From Desulfobacterales bacterium (GTDB lineage Bacteria > Desulfobacterota > Desulfobacteria > Desulfobacterales > UBA5616), in the NCBI GenBank assembly GCA_046483495.1, contig JAWODC010000016.1, positions 1 through 11,168 of the forward strand: DNA of 11,168 nucleotides, given 5' to 3'. Made by a program: the position numbers and the translations under genes. Under the pieces are notes generated by a model. That model had not been told where the DNA came from. It saw only the letters and a program-made list of their open reading frames with translations, and made no database searches. Shown piece after piece: positions 1 through 6,781 of the stretch (within the stretch, counting starts at the first letter, position 1; every line of letters begins with the position of its first letter).

Positions 1-2
1 CT

Positions 3-275
3 CAAACGTTGTCTGAAGATTTCATAAGAGAATTTCAGGACAAGGTTGCTTGGAATTTTATTTCTATGAAGCAAAATCTTTCTGAGGATTTCATAAGAGA
101 ATTTCAGGACAAGGTTGCTTGGGATTGGATTTCTATGGAGCAGAATATTTCCGAGGATTTCATAAGGGAATTCAAAGATAAAGTTGTTTGGCGTTTGGTT
201 CTTATATATCAGTACGAAAATCTTCCGGAAAATTACATGGAAGAATTTCAGGACAAAATAGACAAGGCTTCTTGA
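3..275 (+). CDS. Tryptophan-repeat family protein, 3' part (runs off the left edge); phage/large-virus-like
   Basis: Frame is open from base 3 (QTLSEDFIREF...) to TGA at 273-275, so the TTG start at 9 is probably internal. It has three 23-aa repeats L/I-S-E-D-F-I-R-E-F-x-D-K-V-x-W plus a degenerate fourth (LPENYMEEFQDKI). This motif resembles the tryptophan-repeat gene family of entomopoxviruses, other large DNA viruses and phages. DNA is AT-rich. Confidence 0.85.
   Translation, partial: QTLSEDFIREFQDKVAWNFISMKQNLSEDFIREFQDKVAWDWISMEQNISEDFIREFKDKVVWRLVLIYQYENLPENYMEEFQDKIDKAS
9..260 (+). repeat. 69-bp coding tandem repeat
   Basis: Units start at 9, 78 and 147 (69-bp period). Core GATTTCATAAGAGAATTTCAGGACAAGGTTGCTTGG is identical in units 1 and 2. 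A degenerate unit starts at 222. Confidence 0.9.
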
Positions 276-300
276 CATTTTGTTTTCGGATTGATAGAGA
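272..300 (+). promoter_or_regulatory. Candidate sigma70 promoter for the ORF at 330
   Basis: Perfect TTGACA (272-277), 17-nt spacer, TG-n-TAGAGA (-10 at 295-300). The -10 is imperfect. Confidence 0.35.
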
Positions 301-329
301 AACATTAATTGCAATTGGAGGAAGAAAAA

Positions 330-482
330 ATGAAAATAAAAGTTAGCAGATCAAAGGGAAGAACAAAAGGGGCAAGAAGAACGCAGAGGACTGAAAGTAG
401 CAAAAAGATAGTAAGTGGGGGAGTTATTGAGACAAGAAAACCCCAATCACGCCGACGCCGTTCTTCCCAATGGATGTCCTGA
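330..482 (+). CDS. Small basic ORF (50 aa as read), probably the 5' end of a gene broken at the ~445 junction
   Basis: Strong RBS GGAGG (317-321) before ATG at 330. Reads MKIKVSRSKGRTKGARRTQRTESSKKIVSGGVIETRK in AT-rich DNA, then runs into the antisense of the CoA-ligase gene and stops at TGA 480-482. Too short for the supplied ORF track. Confidence 0.5.
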   Translation: MKIKVSRSKGRTKGARRTQRTESSKKIVSGGVIETRKPQSRRRRSSQWMS

Positions 483-846
483 TGATAGGATACGGCGTGG
501 GCAGACCCGTGGTTCCGGAGGTGGAGGCAATCATGTAAATATCATCGAAACGCCGGCGTCCCATGATTTCCAACAGGAAACCGTCCATGTCCAATCCGGA
601 TTCACCGACCAGTTTGCGGTAGTCATTCTGTGCGATATGGGGAAGTTTCGTTGAAAAGTCATCGATGGAACGAATGTCCTGCGGTGTTATTCCGGCATCT
701 TCCATGCGCTTTCGATCAAAGGGAACGTTTTCATAATGAAACTGAAGGGTATGTTTGAGTTTTTCCCATTGAATGCGCCGGATCTCAGGCGTATTCAGTT
801 TCGGTTCCAATTCCATGTCCCAGTATATCTTTTCTTGTCGGGTCAT
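424..846 (-). pseudogene. Phenylacetate-CoA ligase (PaaK)-like adenylate-forming enzyme, N-terminal 140 aa only
   Basis: Start MTRQEKIYW at 846. PaaK-type N-terminus (Q.EKL...L...YENVPF.RKR....GI.P.DIRSIDD....LP) and AMP-binding P-loop STSGTTGLP. The frame stops about 24 residues after the P-loop, where base composition changes. Full-length family members are roughly three times longer. Confidence 0.85.
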
Positions 847-880
847 TTCAGGCACGCCTTTTTTTTGAACATATCGTGTG

Positions 881-951
881 AAAAAAACATTCGGATGCAC
901 GTCATCGAGGTGATAATGATCTTCCCGGGATGGACGCCGCCATCCGAATGT
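881..951 (-). terminator. Intergenic hairpin with T-tract (terminator/attenuator-like)
   Basis: Perfect 11-bp inverted repeat ACATTCGGATG (887-897)/CATCCGAATGT (941-951) with further inner pairing (CGTC/GACG). A run of T follows on the minus strand (A 881-887). Confidence 0.5.
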
Positions 952-977
952 CCGGTACGGATACGGTGATATGCAGC

Positions 978-2288
978 CTATGGTTCTTTCAAGGGTGAGA
1001 CTCCGGATAATCCGACCTGTGCCGGAAGGGCGGCATCAATTTCCCGTTTGGCGTCTTTTTTATAGAAATACTGAATACAAGGCATCCCCGGACGCATCTG
1101 GGAATGCCCGTCGACGATGAACGGCCAGGGCTGCCCCATGAATTGGTCCCGGTTTGTGGCCGCACAGTGGGTGCAGTAAATGGGAAAATCCCTTCGGTTG
1201 AAGTTGATATCCGCGGGTTCATCCATCAGGCACAGCATGTTGCCGCCATATGGGTATGCACCGCCTCCGATCTCGCCCCGGTACAAACGGCCGCCGCTGC
1301 CGCAGGGATCGAGAATGAATTTGAAGCGGTCTTCCTCCTCCTCAATGGTGAACGCGGCCTGGTGATAGTACCAGGTGCGAACCAGGAACCGGAAAAAGGT
1401 GATGTCGTCCATGGCGCGGTAAGCCGTATAGAGCGACTCGTTAGGAATGACATAGGTTTCATGGAGAAGGTCGTCGATGTAGGCGGTCCCCCGGTCTTTG
1501 TACATCGCCGTCAAAAGGCAGGTGACCAGCACGTTGTAAAGGTCGTGCAGATCCCGCCATTCATGGTGATGGTCCGTTAACACGTCCTCGAGATTAAAAT
1601 CCATTCGGCTTAATTTTTCCAGAGCCTGTCGACATCTCGTCTTGGTGGTATCGTAGATCTCGTTTCCCTCGAACAGCCGGGTTCCTTTCGCTTGCAATTT
1701 GCTGAAGGTCATGCGGCAGGTGGCGGGCAGATCGGGATCGTTCTCGATTTGCCAAACCGCTGCACCGCAGAGGCTGTTTAGGCTTTTCTGAAGCGAACGG
1801 CAGGCGTGACAAAAGGCCGGTGCGCCGTCGGAGCATAACGCAAAAAGGCGTGAGGAACCGGCCTGGGAGGGCTGCCTGGCAAAACGACCGCCGGAATCAC
1901 ACGGCGAAATTAAAAATTCAATGGTTTCGTCGTTTTCACGGATCGGCAAAACGCCGGCTTCGGGCTGGTTTTTCCAGAAAGAAATCAGTTGGGTAAACAC
2001 GTCCTTTTCGTTGCCTTGCAGGAACCGATCGGCAATGGGCTTCATGATGAACATGGCCGATTGTTCGAGAACGGCTTCCATAAATTCCTCGCCGGCATCG
2101 ATTCGAATTCTCCCAAGAATCATTTCCAGCCAGTTGAGGTATCCATAGTAAAGCCCCCGGTGGCTTTCGGACATGGTGTTCAGCAGCGCATGCAGCCGAT
2201 CTATATTTCCTTGCGCCAGTGCCTCCAATGCCATTTCCGACAATGGGCGGCTTTCCGAGGCAAGCTCTTCAGGTGTGAATCGTTTCAT
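978..2288 (-). CDS. Uncharacterised 436-aa protein with two tandem homologous 4-Cys domains (putative metal-binding)
   Basis: Likely start MKRFTPEEL at 2288, with GAGG upstream. Internal duplication: ETIEFLISPCDSGGRF...PAFCHAC...ATCRMTFSK versus EDRFKFILDPCGSGGRL...PIYCTHC...MPCIQYFYK. It is a long ORF co-oriented with the CoA ligase. Confidence 0.85.
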   Translation of the reverse strand: MKRFTPEELASESRPLSEMALEALAQGNIDRLHALLNTMSESHRGLYYGYLNWLEMILGRIRIDAGEEFMEAVLEQSAMFIMKPIADRFLQGNEKDVFTQLISFWKNQPEAGVLPIRENDETIEFLISPCDSGGRFARQPSQAGSSRLFALCSDGAPAFCHACRSLQKSLNSLCGAAVWQIENDPDLPATCRMTFSKLQAKGTRLFEGNEIYDTTKTRCRQALEKLSRMDFNLEDVLTDHHHEWRDLHDLYNVLVTCLLTAMYKDRGTAYIDDLLHETYVIPNESLYTAYRAMDDITFFRFLVRTWYYHQAAFTIEEEEDRFKFILDPCGSGGRLYRGEIGGGAYPYGGNMLCLMDEPADINFNRRDFPIYCTHCAATNRDQFMGQPWPFIVDGHSQMRPGMPCIQYFYKKDAKREIDAALPAQVGLSGVSPLKEP

Positions 2289-2506
2289 ATTGCGGCCTCG
2301 TTTTGCGGATGTTTGGGGTCCTGTAAAATCGATCGTCAAAAACAAATGACGGCAGACATCACATGAGTCGGCAAATTGAAAAATTCAGAAAATGAAAAAA
2401 TGAAATCAAAATCAGGAAGAGCATTCGGGCATTTGATTCATATCGATTTCTGACAGAATAGGTCGCAACAGTCAATAAAAAAGGTGGCGAGACGGGGTGG
2501 GGAGAA

Positions 2507-2541
2507 ATGGGTTATGGGTGATGGGTTATGGGTGATGGGTG
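2507..2541 (+). repeat. 7-bp tandem repeat (ATGGGTK)x5, G-quadruplex-competent
   Basis: ATGGGTT ATGGGTG ATGGGTT ATGGGTG ATGGGTG, giving five GGG tracts with 4-nt loops. Confidence 0.9.
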
Positions 2542-2604
2542 TGGATAGGGGGGATAAAGCTCCGATCCGCTCAGCTTTCAACCTTGAGCATTAAGGCTCC
2601 AACA

Positions 2605-2649
2605 AACACTCCTGACGCTCTAAACGCTCAAAACGCTCCAACCGCCAAA
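2605..2649 (+). repeat. Degenerate 9-bp tandem repeat (AACGCTCNN)
   Basis: AACACTCCT GACGCTCTA AACGCTCAA AACGCTCCA ACCGCCAAA. Confidence 0.8.
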
Positions 2650-2655
2650 GAACTC

Positions 2656-2684
2656 TTGAATATCATCTCCGATTCATCTATGTT
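2656..2684 (+). promoter_or_regulatory. Candidate sigma70 promoter for the CoA-transferase pair
   Basis: TTGAAT (2656-2661), 17-nt spacer, TATGTT (2679-2684), in the divergent intergenic region. Confidence 0.45.
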
Positions 2685-2878
2685 GACCTCTAAAATCGAT
2701 AAAAGGCGTCCTCCCGCAATGCTTTTCTTTAGAGCTTATGCCCGGACAACGGCGGCTCACCGGTTCTTGGGCATCGCATCTTGAAGCCGATAACCATAGA
2801 TTTTTTATCAGGACGCCCCATATTGGAATAACCCGCAAAAGATCGCAATTTCAATAACACTGCGAGCCTCAAGATTGA

Positions 2879-3023
2879 TAAGTCCATTCAGAAATGAGAA
2901 AATCGGTTCAGTTCAAGGCCGCCGCAAAATGTGCACAGCGGTTATGCGCCGGGTATGTCGAGGATTTACATTTGCCGGCCAACACAGGAATGGCGCGAAT
3001 CGGCCGATTCCGGATGGGCGCTA
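2879..3023 (+). repeat. ERIC-like/MITE-like palindromic element, copy 1 (degenerate)
   Basis: Ends TAAGTCCATTCAGAAAT...ATTCCGGATGGGCGCTA are imperfectly complementary and TA-bounded. Internal motifs TCAAGGC, TATGTCGAGGATT and CAACACAG occur in the same order as in copies 2 and 3. Confidence 0.65.
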
Positions 3024-3068
3024 CTTACATTTTCAGTTATCGATGATAAAAAACGAAGGGAGGCCCCT

Positions 3069-4280
3069 ATGCCGGAACAGGCGTTGTCAGGTCTGAAAGT
3101 GGTTGAATTCGGGAATCTGTTTTCGGCCCCGTACTGTGGAAAACTAATGGCCGATTTGGGTGCCGAAGTCATCAAAATCGAAAGCCCCGTGATCGGAGAT
3201 GAGGCAAGGCGGAGAAAACCGTATGCCGGGGAAAAAGAAGGTGTGGAACGAAGCGGTCTGTTCGCGTATCTCAACACCAACAAGTTCGGCGTCACGCTGG
3301 ATCCGGAAACCAACCGGGGCAAATCCATTTTCGAAGCGCTGATCGAAAACGCGGATATTCTCGTAGAGAATTACCTGCCCAAAGAAATGGCATCCATGGG
3401 GCTGGATTATGAATCGCTCGAAAAGATCAATCCACGGCTCATTATGACCTCGATCACACCCTTCGGGCAGACCGGGCCCTACCGCAACTACAAGGCAACC
3501 GAACTAAATCTATACAACGGCGGCGGCTACGGTGCCGGAACGACCTGTGTTGCCGAGCCGCCGGTGCCGATACCCGTAAAGGCCGGCGGCAGGCAGGCGC
3601 TTTTCGGGGCCGGCCTTTCGGCCGCTGTCGCCACCTTGTGCGCCGTATTCTCCCGGGAGAATATCGGTGAAGGCCAGCATGTGGACATCTCCGCACTGGA
3701 ATGCATGGCCGGGCAGCTGGAATCGGCCATCGAGCACTGGACGTTCAATGAAAACGAAATCGCGGGTGTGACGGTGCCGGTCGCCATGCCCATTATGCCC
3801 CTGCCGTGTAAAGACGGCTATGTGTTTCTGATGTGCGTTCAGGACCACGAGTTCGACAATCTTCGCAACGTTATGGGCAATCCCGAGTGGGCGGACAATG
3901 AGCTGTTTGAAAACCGGTTCACCAGGGCCCAATATTTCGATGCCCTGACCATTTTTCTGGTCCAGTGGGCGCAGGACTACACGAAAGAGGAGATTTTTCG
4001 CATGTGCCAGGAGGGAAGCGTACCGGTTGCCCCCGATTACACGGCAAAAGAAGTCGTTCATTCGGAACATTTAAACGCGCGCGCCTATTTCGTCGATATC
4101 GATCATCCGGAAATCGGGGTGGCCACCTATCCGGGTGCTCCGTACCGATTCTCCGAAACCGAATGGCGCATCGTCAGACGGGCGCCCTTGCTGGGTGAGC
4201 ACAACGAGGATATTTACTGCGGCCGGCTCGGTTACAGCCTGCAGGATCTGGCGCATATGCGGAAAAACGGCGTGATATGA
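3069..4280 (+). CDS. Class III (CaiB/BaiF) CoA-transferase subunit lacking the catalytic Asp (BbsE-like), 403 aa
   Basis: RBS GGGAGG before ATG at 3069. Motifs LSGLKVVE, PYCGKLMADLGAEVIKIESP..GD, NTNK.GVTLD, ADILVEN, SITPFGQTGPY, GEGQHVDIS and APLLGEHN. The D-x-x-A-G site reads LFGAG. Confidence 0.93.
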   Translation: MPEQALSGLKVVEFGNLFSAPYCGKLMADLGAEVIKIESPVIGDEARRRKPYAGEKEGVERSGLFAYLNTNKFGVTLDPETNRGKSIFEALIENADILVENYLPKEMASMGLDYESLEKINPRLIMTSITPFGQTGPYRNYKATELNLYNGGGYGAGTTCVAEPPVPIPVKAGGRQALFGAGLSAAVATLCAVFSRENIGEGQHVDISALECMAGQLESAIEHWTFNENEIAGVTVPVAMPIMPLPCKDGYVFLMCVQDHEFDNLRNVMGNPEWADNELFENRFTRAQYFDALTIFLVQWAQDYTKEEIFRMCQEGSVPVAPDYTAKEVVHSEHLNARAYFVDIDHPEIGVATYPGAPYRFSETEWRIVRRAPLLGEHNEDIYCGRLGYSLQDLAHMRKNGVI

Positions 4281-4294
4281 GAAGGGAGAAGAAA

Positions 4295-5521
4295 ATGAAA
4301 CCATTGCCTCTGGAAGGGATTACGATAACGAGTTTTGGCTGGGCATGGGCGGCGCCGCACATGGGCAGGCTGCTGGCCGATATGGGTGCCCGGGTGATCA
4401 AGATCGAAAGTCAACGAAAAATGGACACCATCAGGGGGTTGCCGCCGTTCCCGCTGATGGAGGACGGCCAGATGGTATTGTCCCCCAATTCATCCGGGTA
4501 TTACGGTTGGACCAATCGGAACAAACTGGGCATTACCCTGAATCTGACTACGCACAAAGGGGTTGAATTGGCAAAGGAGATCATCAAGTTCAGCGACGGC
4601 ATAATGGAAAATTATTCGGCGGGCGTTATGGAGGAATTCGGCCTCGGCTATGAGTCGGTCAAGGCGGTCAAACCGGATATCGTTTACGTAAGCCTAAGCC
4701 CTTTGGGCATGTCCGGTCCGATAAAAGACTATCTCATGTACGGCCGGCCTCAGGTTTATTTAAGCGGGCAGGGCCACATCAGCGGCCGTCCGGACGGGCC
4801 CCCGCAATCGCCGGTCAGCTGGGGGGACCCCGTTGCCGGAAATCACGGCACTTTTGCCATGCTCAGTGCACTGCTGTACAAGATGCGGACCGGAAAGGGG
4901 CAATTCATCGAAATGTCCCAACTGGAAGGCATGATCGGCCTCATTCCCGAAGCGATTTTGGATTATACGCTCAACGGGAAAGTACAAACACGCCGGGGGA
5001 ACCGGCACGAATTCAAGGCGCCCCACAATGCATACCGGTGCGCCAAGGAGTTGGAGTGGGTGACCATCGCCGTTTCCTCGGATGAGGAATGGACGGCATT
5101 ATGCTCGGTGATGGGCAATCCTGAATGGGCGGATGATCCGGCCTTTTCAGATGTCAAAAGCAGGTGGCTCAACCAAGAGGAGCTGGATCGGCATATCGAA
5201 GCCTGGACCGGGAATCTCGATGCCTACGACATCACGGAGCGGCTCCAGAATGCCGGGGTGGCGGCTTTTCCCGTGCTGACCAACCGGGGTCTGGTTGAAG
5301 ATCCCCATCTGAATGAACGGGAATTTTTCGAGGAATGGGACCATCCGGAGATCGGCCGAAAAAAATACGACGGTGTGCTTTGGAAGATGAGCAAAACACC
5401 GGGATCCATCCGCAGCGCCGCTCCCATGATCGGCCAGCACAATAACTACGTATTTGGAGAGCTTCTGGGCCTGCCACAGCATGAGATCGACGAATTGATC
5501 GATCAAAAGGTAATCTACTGA
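4295..5521 (+). CDS. Class III (CaiB/BaiF) CoA-transferase subunit with catalytic Asp (BbsF-like), 408 aa
   Basis: Start is probably 4295 (GGGAG upstream); an alternative ATG at 4277 overlaps the upstream stop (ATGA). Motifs PLEGI, LLADMGARVIKIES, NRNKLGITLNL, WGDPVAG (Asp codon 4826-4828), GKGQFIEMSQ, PHNAYRC and APMIGQHN. Confidence 0.93.
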   Translation: MKPLPLEGITITSFGWAWAAPHMGRLLADMGARVIKIESQRKMDTIRGLPPFPLMEDGQMVLSPNSSGYYGWTNRNKLGITLNLTTHKGVELAKEIIKFSDGIMENYSAGVMEEFGLGYESVKAVKPDIVYVSLSPLGMSGPIKDYLMYGRPQVYLSGQGHISGRPDGPPQSPVSWGDPVAGNHGTFAMLSALLYKMRTGKGQFIEMSQLEGMIGLIPEAILDYTLNGKVQTRRGNRHEFKAPHNAYRCAKELEWVTIAVSSDEEWTALCSVMGNPEWADDPAFSDVKSRWLNQEELDRHIEAWTGNLDAYDITERLQNAGVAAFPVLTNRGLVEDPHLNEREFFEEWDHPEIGRKKYDGVLWKMSKTPGSIRSAAPMIGQHNNYVFGELLGLPQHEIDELIDQKVIY

Positions 5522-5609
5522 TGATCGGTGGCATAACTTAAATCAACATTTCGGCCTCGGAGCGTCGGTCCCATCAGAAATGTATTGCCGGATGGGCGGG
5601 GAAGATGCG

Positions 5610-6662
5610 TTATAAGCCCCTCTCACGGGCAATGCTGTCGAACATCGCCTTGAAATCGTTTTCCGGTGCTTTCATGCCCGGTTTGGCAATCAGCGTAATG
5701 GCACCCTCCGGGCAGGTCGATACGCACAATCCGCAACCGATGCACCTGCCGTCGATGATTTCAGCTATATCCTCATGAAGGCTTATCGCATCCATCGGGC
5801 ATCTTTCCATACACATGCCGCACCCGCTGCACATTTCTGAATCGATCCGCGAAACGTGATAAGAAAAAACGATGTCGGCGGGGCGCTCCGACATTTTCGA
5901 AAAGCGCAAATTCGGGCAGCAGCAGTTGCAGCAGCAGCACAGAAATGATAACTGTTGTGCATTCGGCACTCCGAGTACGAGGCCTTCCTTTTCCGCCGAA
6001 CGAAGGATGTCTTCTGCTTCTTTATGGGAGACCTGTCTGCCCATGCTATTGTCAAGGATAAATCGTGCAAAATCGCCAAAGGCAAAACACACTTCCTGGG
6101 GTTTTTGGCACGGATTTCCCAAAAAGGCCTGGGTTTGCTTACAGATGCATTGCTGCACGGCGATACAGTCTTCTTTTGTCATTAATTCACGAACCCTGTC
6201 ATAAGGGGCAATGCGCGTTTCCGATGTTATGGCCGATTCCATGGGGATATAGCGCATCTGTTTGGTCGTGACGTTCGCAAGGTTCATGCCCAGATAGGGA
6301 ATATAACGCTCGAAAAGGCGGTAAAATGCCGCATCTTTATTTTTTGCCTGATATTCGTAGATGCCGATAACGAACTGTTCGGCATGGTAATACCACTTGC
6401 CCTCTTTGATGACGCGAAAAATGAGTCCTTTTTTTGCCATTTCTTCCAGTTTTTCGAACAGTTCGGCTCGATCCATTTTCAGCCTGTTTGCAATGTCCGA
6501 TATTTCTTCTAAGTCGTAAGTCAGCTTTGTAGCGAGTTCGGCCTGCTCAGGCGTGAACAGTATTTTTAGAATCTCGATTTCGATTCCTTCGGGAGTGGCA
6601 GGAAAACCACCTGGAAGTTTATCCAGGAATTCCCTCAGATGCTGATAGATGTTTTCATTCAT
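5610..6662 (-). CDS. 4Fe-4S ferredoxin-domain protein with N-terminal HTH-like region and Cys-rich middle domain, 350 aa
   Basis: RBS AAGGAGG. Two ferredoxin motifs, CSGCGMCMERCP and CIGCGLCVSTCP. Additional Cys motifs CICK...C...C and CCCCNCCC. N-terminal FTPEQA...IANRLKM...LEEMAKKGLIF resembles a winged helix. Confidence 0.92.
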   Translation of the reverse strand: MNENIYQHLREFLDKLPGGFPATPEGIEIEILKILFTPEQAELATKLTYDLEEISDIANRLKMDRAELFEKLEEMAKKGLIFRVIKEGKWYYHAEQFVIGIYEYQAKNKDAAFYRLFERYIPYLGMNLANVTTKQMRYIPMESAITSETRIAPYDRVRELMTKEDCIAVQQCICKQTQAFLGNPCQKPQEVCFAFGDFARFILDNSMGRQVSHKEAEDILRSAEKEGLVLGVPNAQQLSFLCCCCNCCCPNLRFSKMSERPADIVFSYHVSRIDSEMCSGCGMCMERCPMDAISLHEDIAEIIDGRCIGCGLCVSTCPEGAITLIAKPGMKAPENDFKAMFDSIARERGL

Positions 6663-6681
6663 GTCATTGCCTCCTTATGTT

Positions 6682-6781
6682 AGGATCGTTAGGATCATTA
6701 AATCGTTGTGCTCGTTGGGATGCTCCAAATGCTCCCAACGTAGCGAACCATCAAAACGATCAAAACGACCTTAACGATCCT
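6682..6781. repeat. Two opposed 9-bp tandem arrays forming an imperfect inverted repeat
   Basis: Left (reverse orientation): AGGATCGTT AGGATCATT AAATCGTT GTGCTCGTT. Right: GATGCTCCA AATGCTCCC AACGTAGCG AACCATCAA AACGATCAA AACGACCTT AACGATCCT. AGGATCGTTA (6682-6691) pairs with TAACGATCCT (6772-6781). Confidence 0.85.

Noticed and set aside
9..260. CRISPR array or DGR template/variable repeat from the 69-bp periodicity
   Set aside because: The repeats are in frame with synonymous changes and the intervening parts are homologous to each other. Differences are not adenine-specific, and there is no cas or reverse transcriptase gene.
2289..2345. Longer N-termini given by the ORF track (also 847-900, 2931-3068, 8134-8184)
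   Set aside because: Downstream ATGs have better RBS spacing or match family N-termini, and some extensions run through repeat elements.
2539..2784. 81-aa ORF (also 2875-3096, 6863-7168, 8839-9051, 9123-9369)
   Set aside because: They translate tandem repeats, palindromes or antisense of real genes and show no recognisable motif.
2698..2820. Fluoride or c-di-GMP riboswitch, or SRP RNA
   Set aside because: Only short resemblances (GGCGTCCTCCCG, CTCCCGCAATGCT). The defining cores (GGnGATGG...CTGATG, GGCAAAC...GCAAA, CAGG-GNRA-AGCA) are absent.
5519..5524. Selenocysteine read-through at TGA TGA
   Set aside because: It falls at the normal C-terminus of class III CoA-transferases (..KVIY), so it is a plain double stop.
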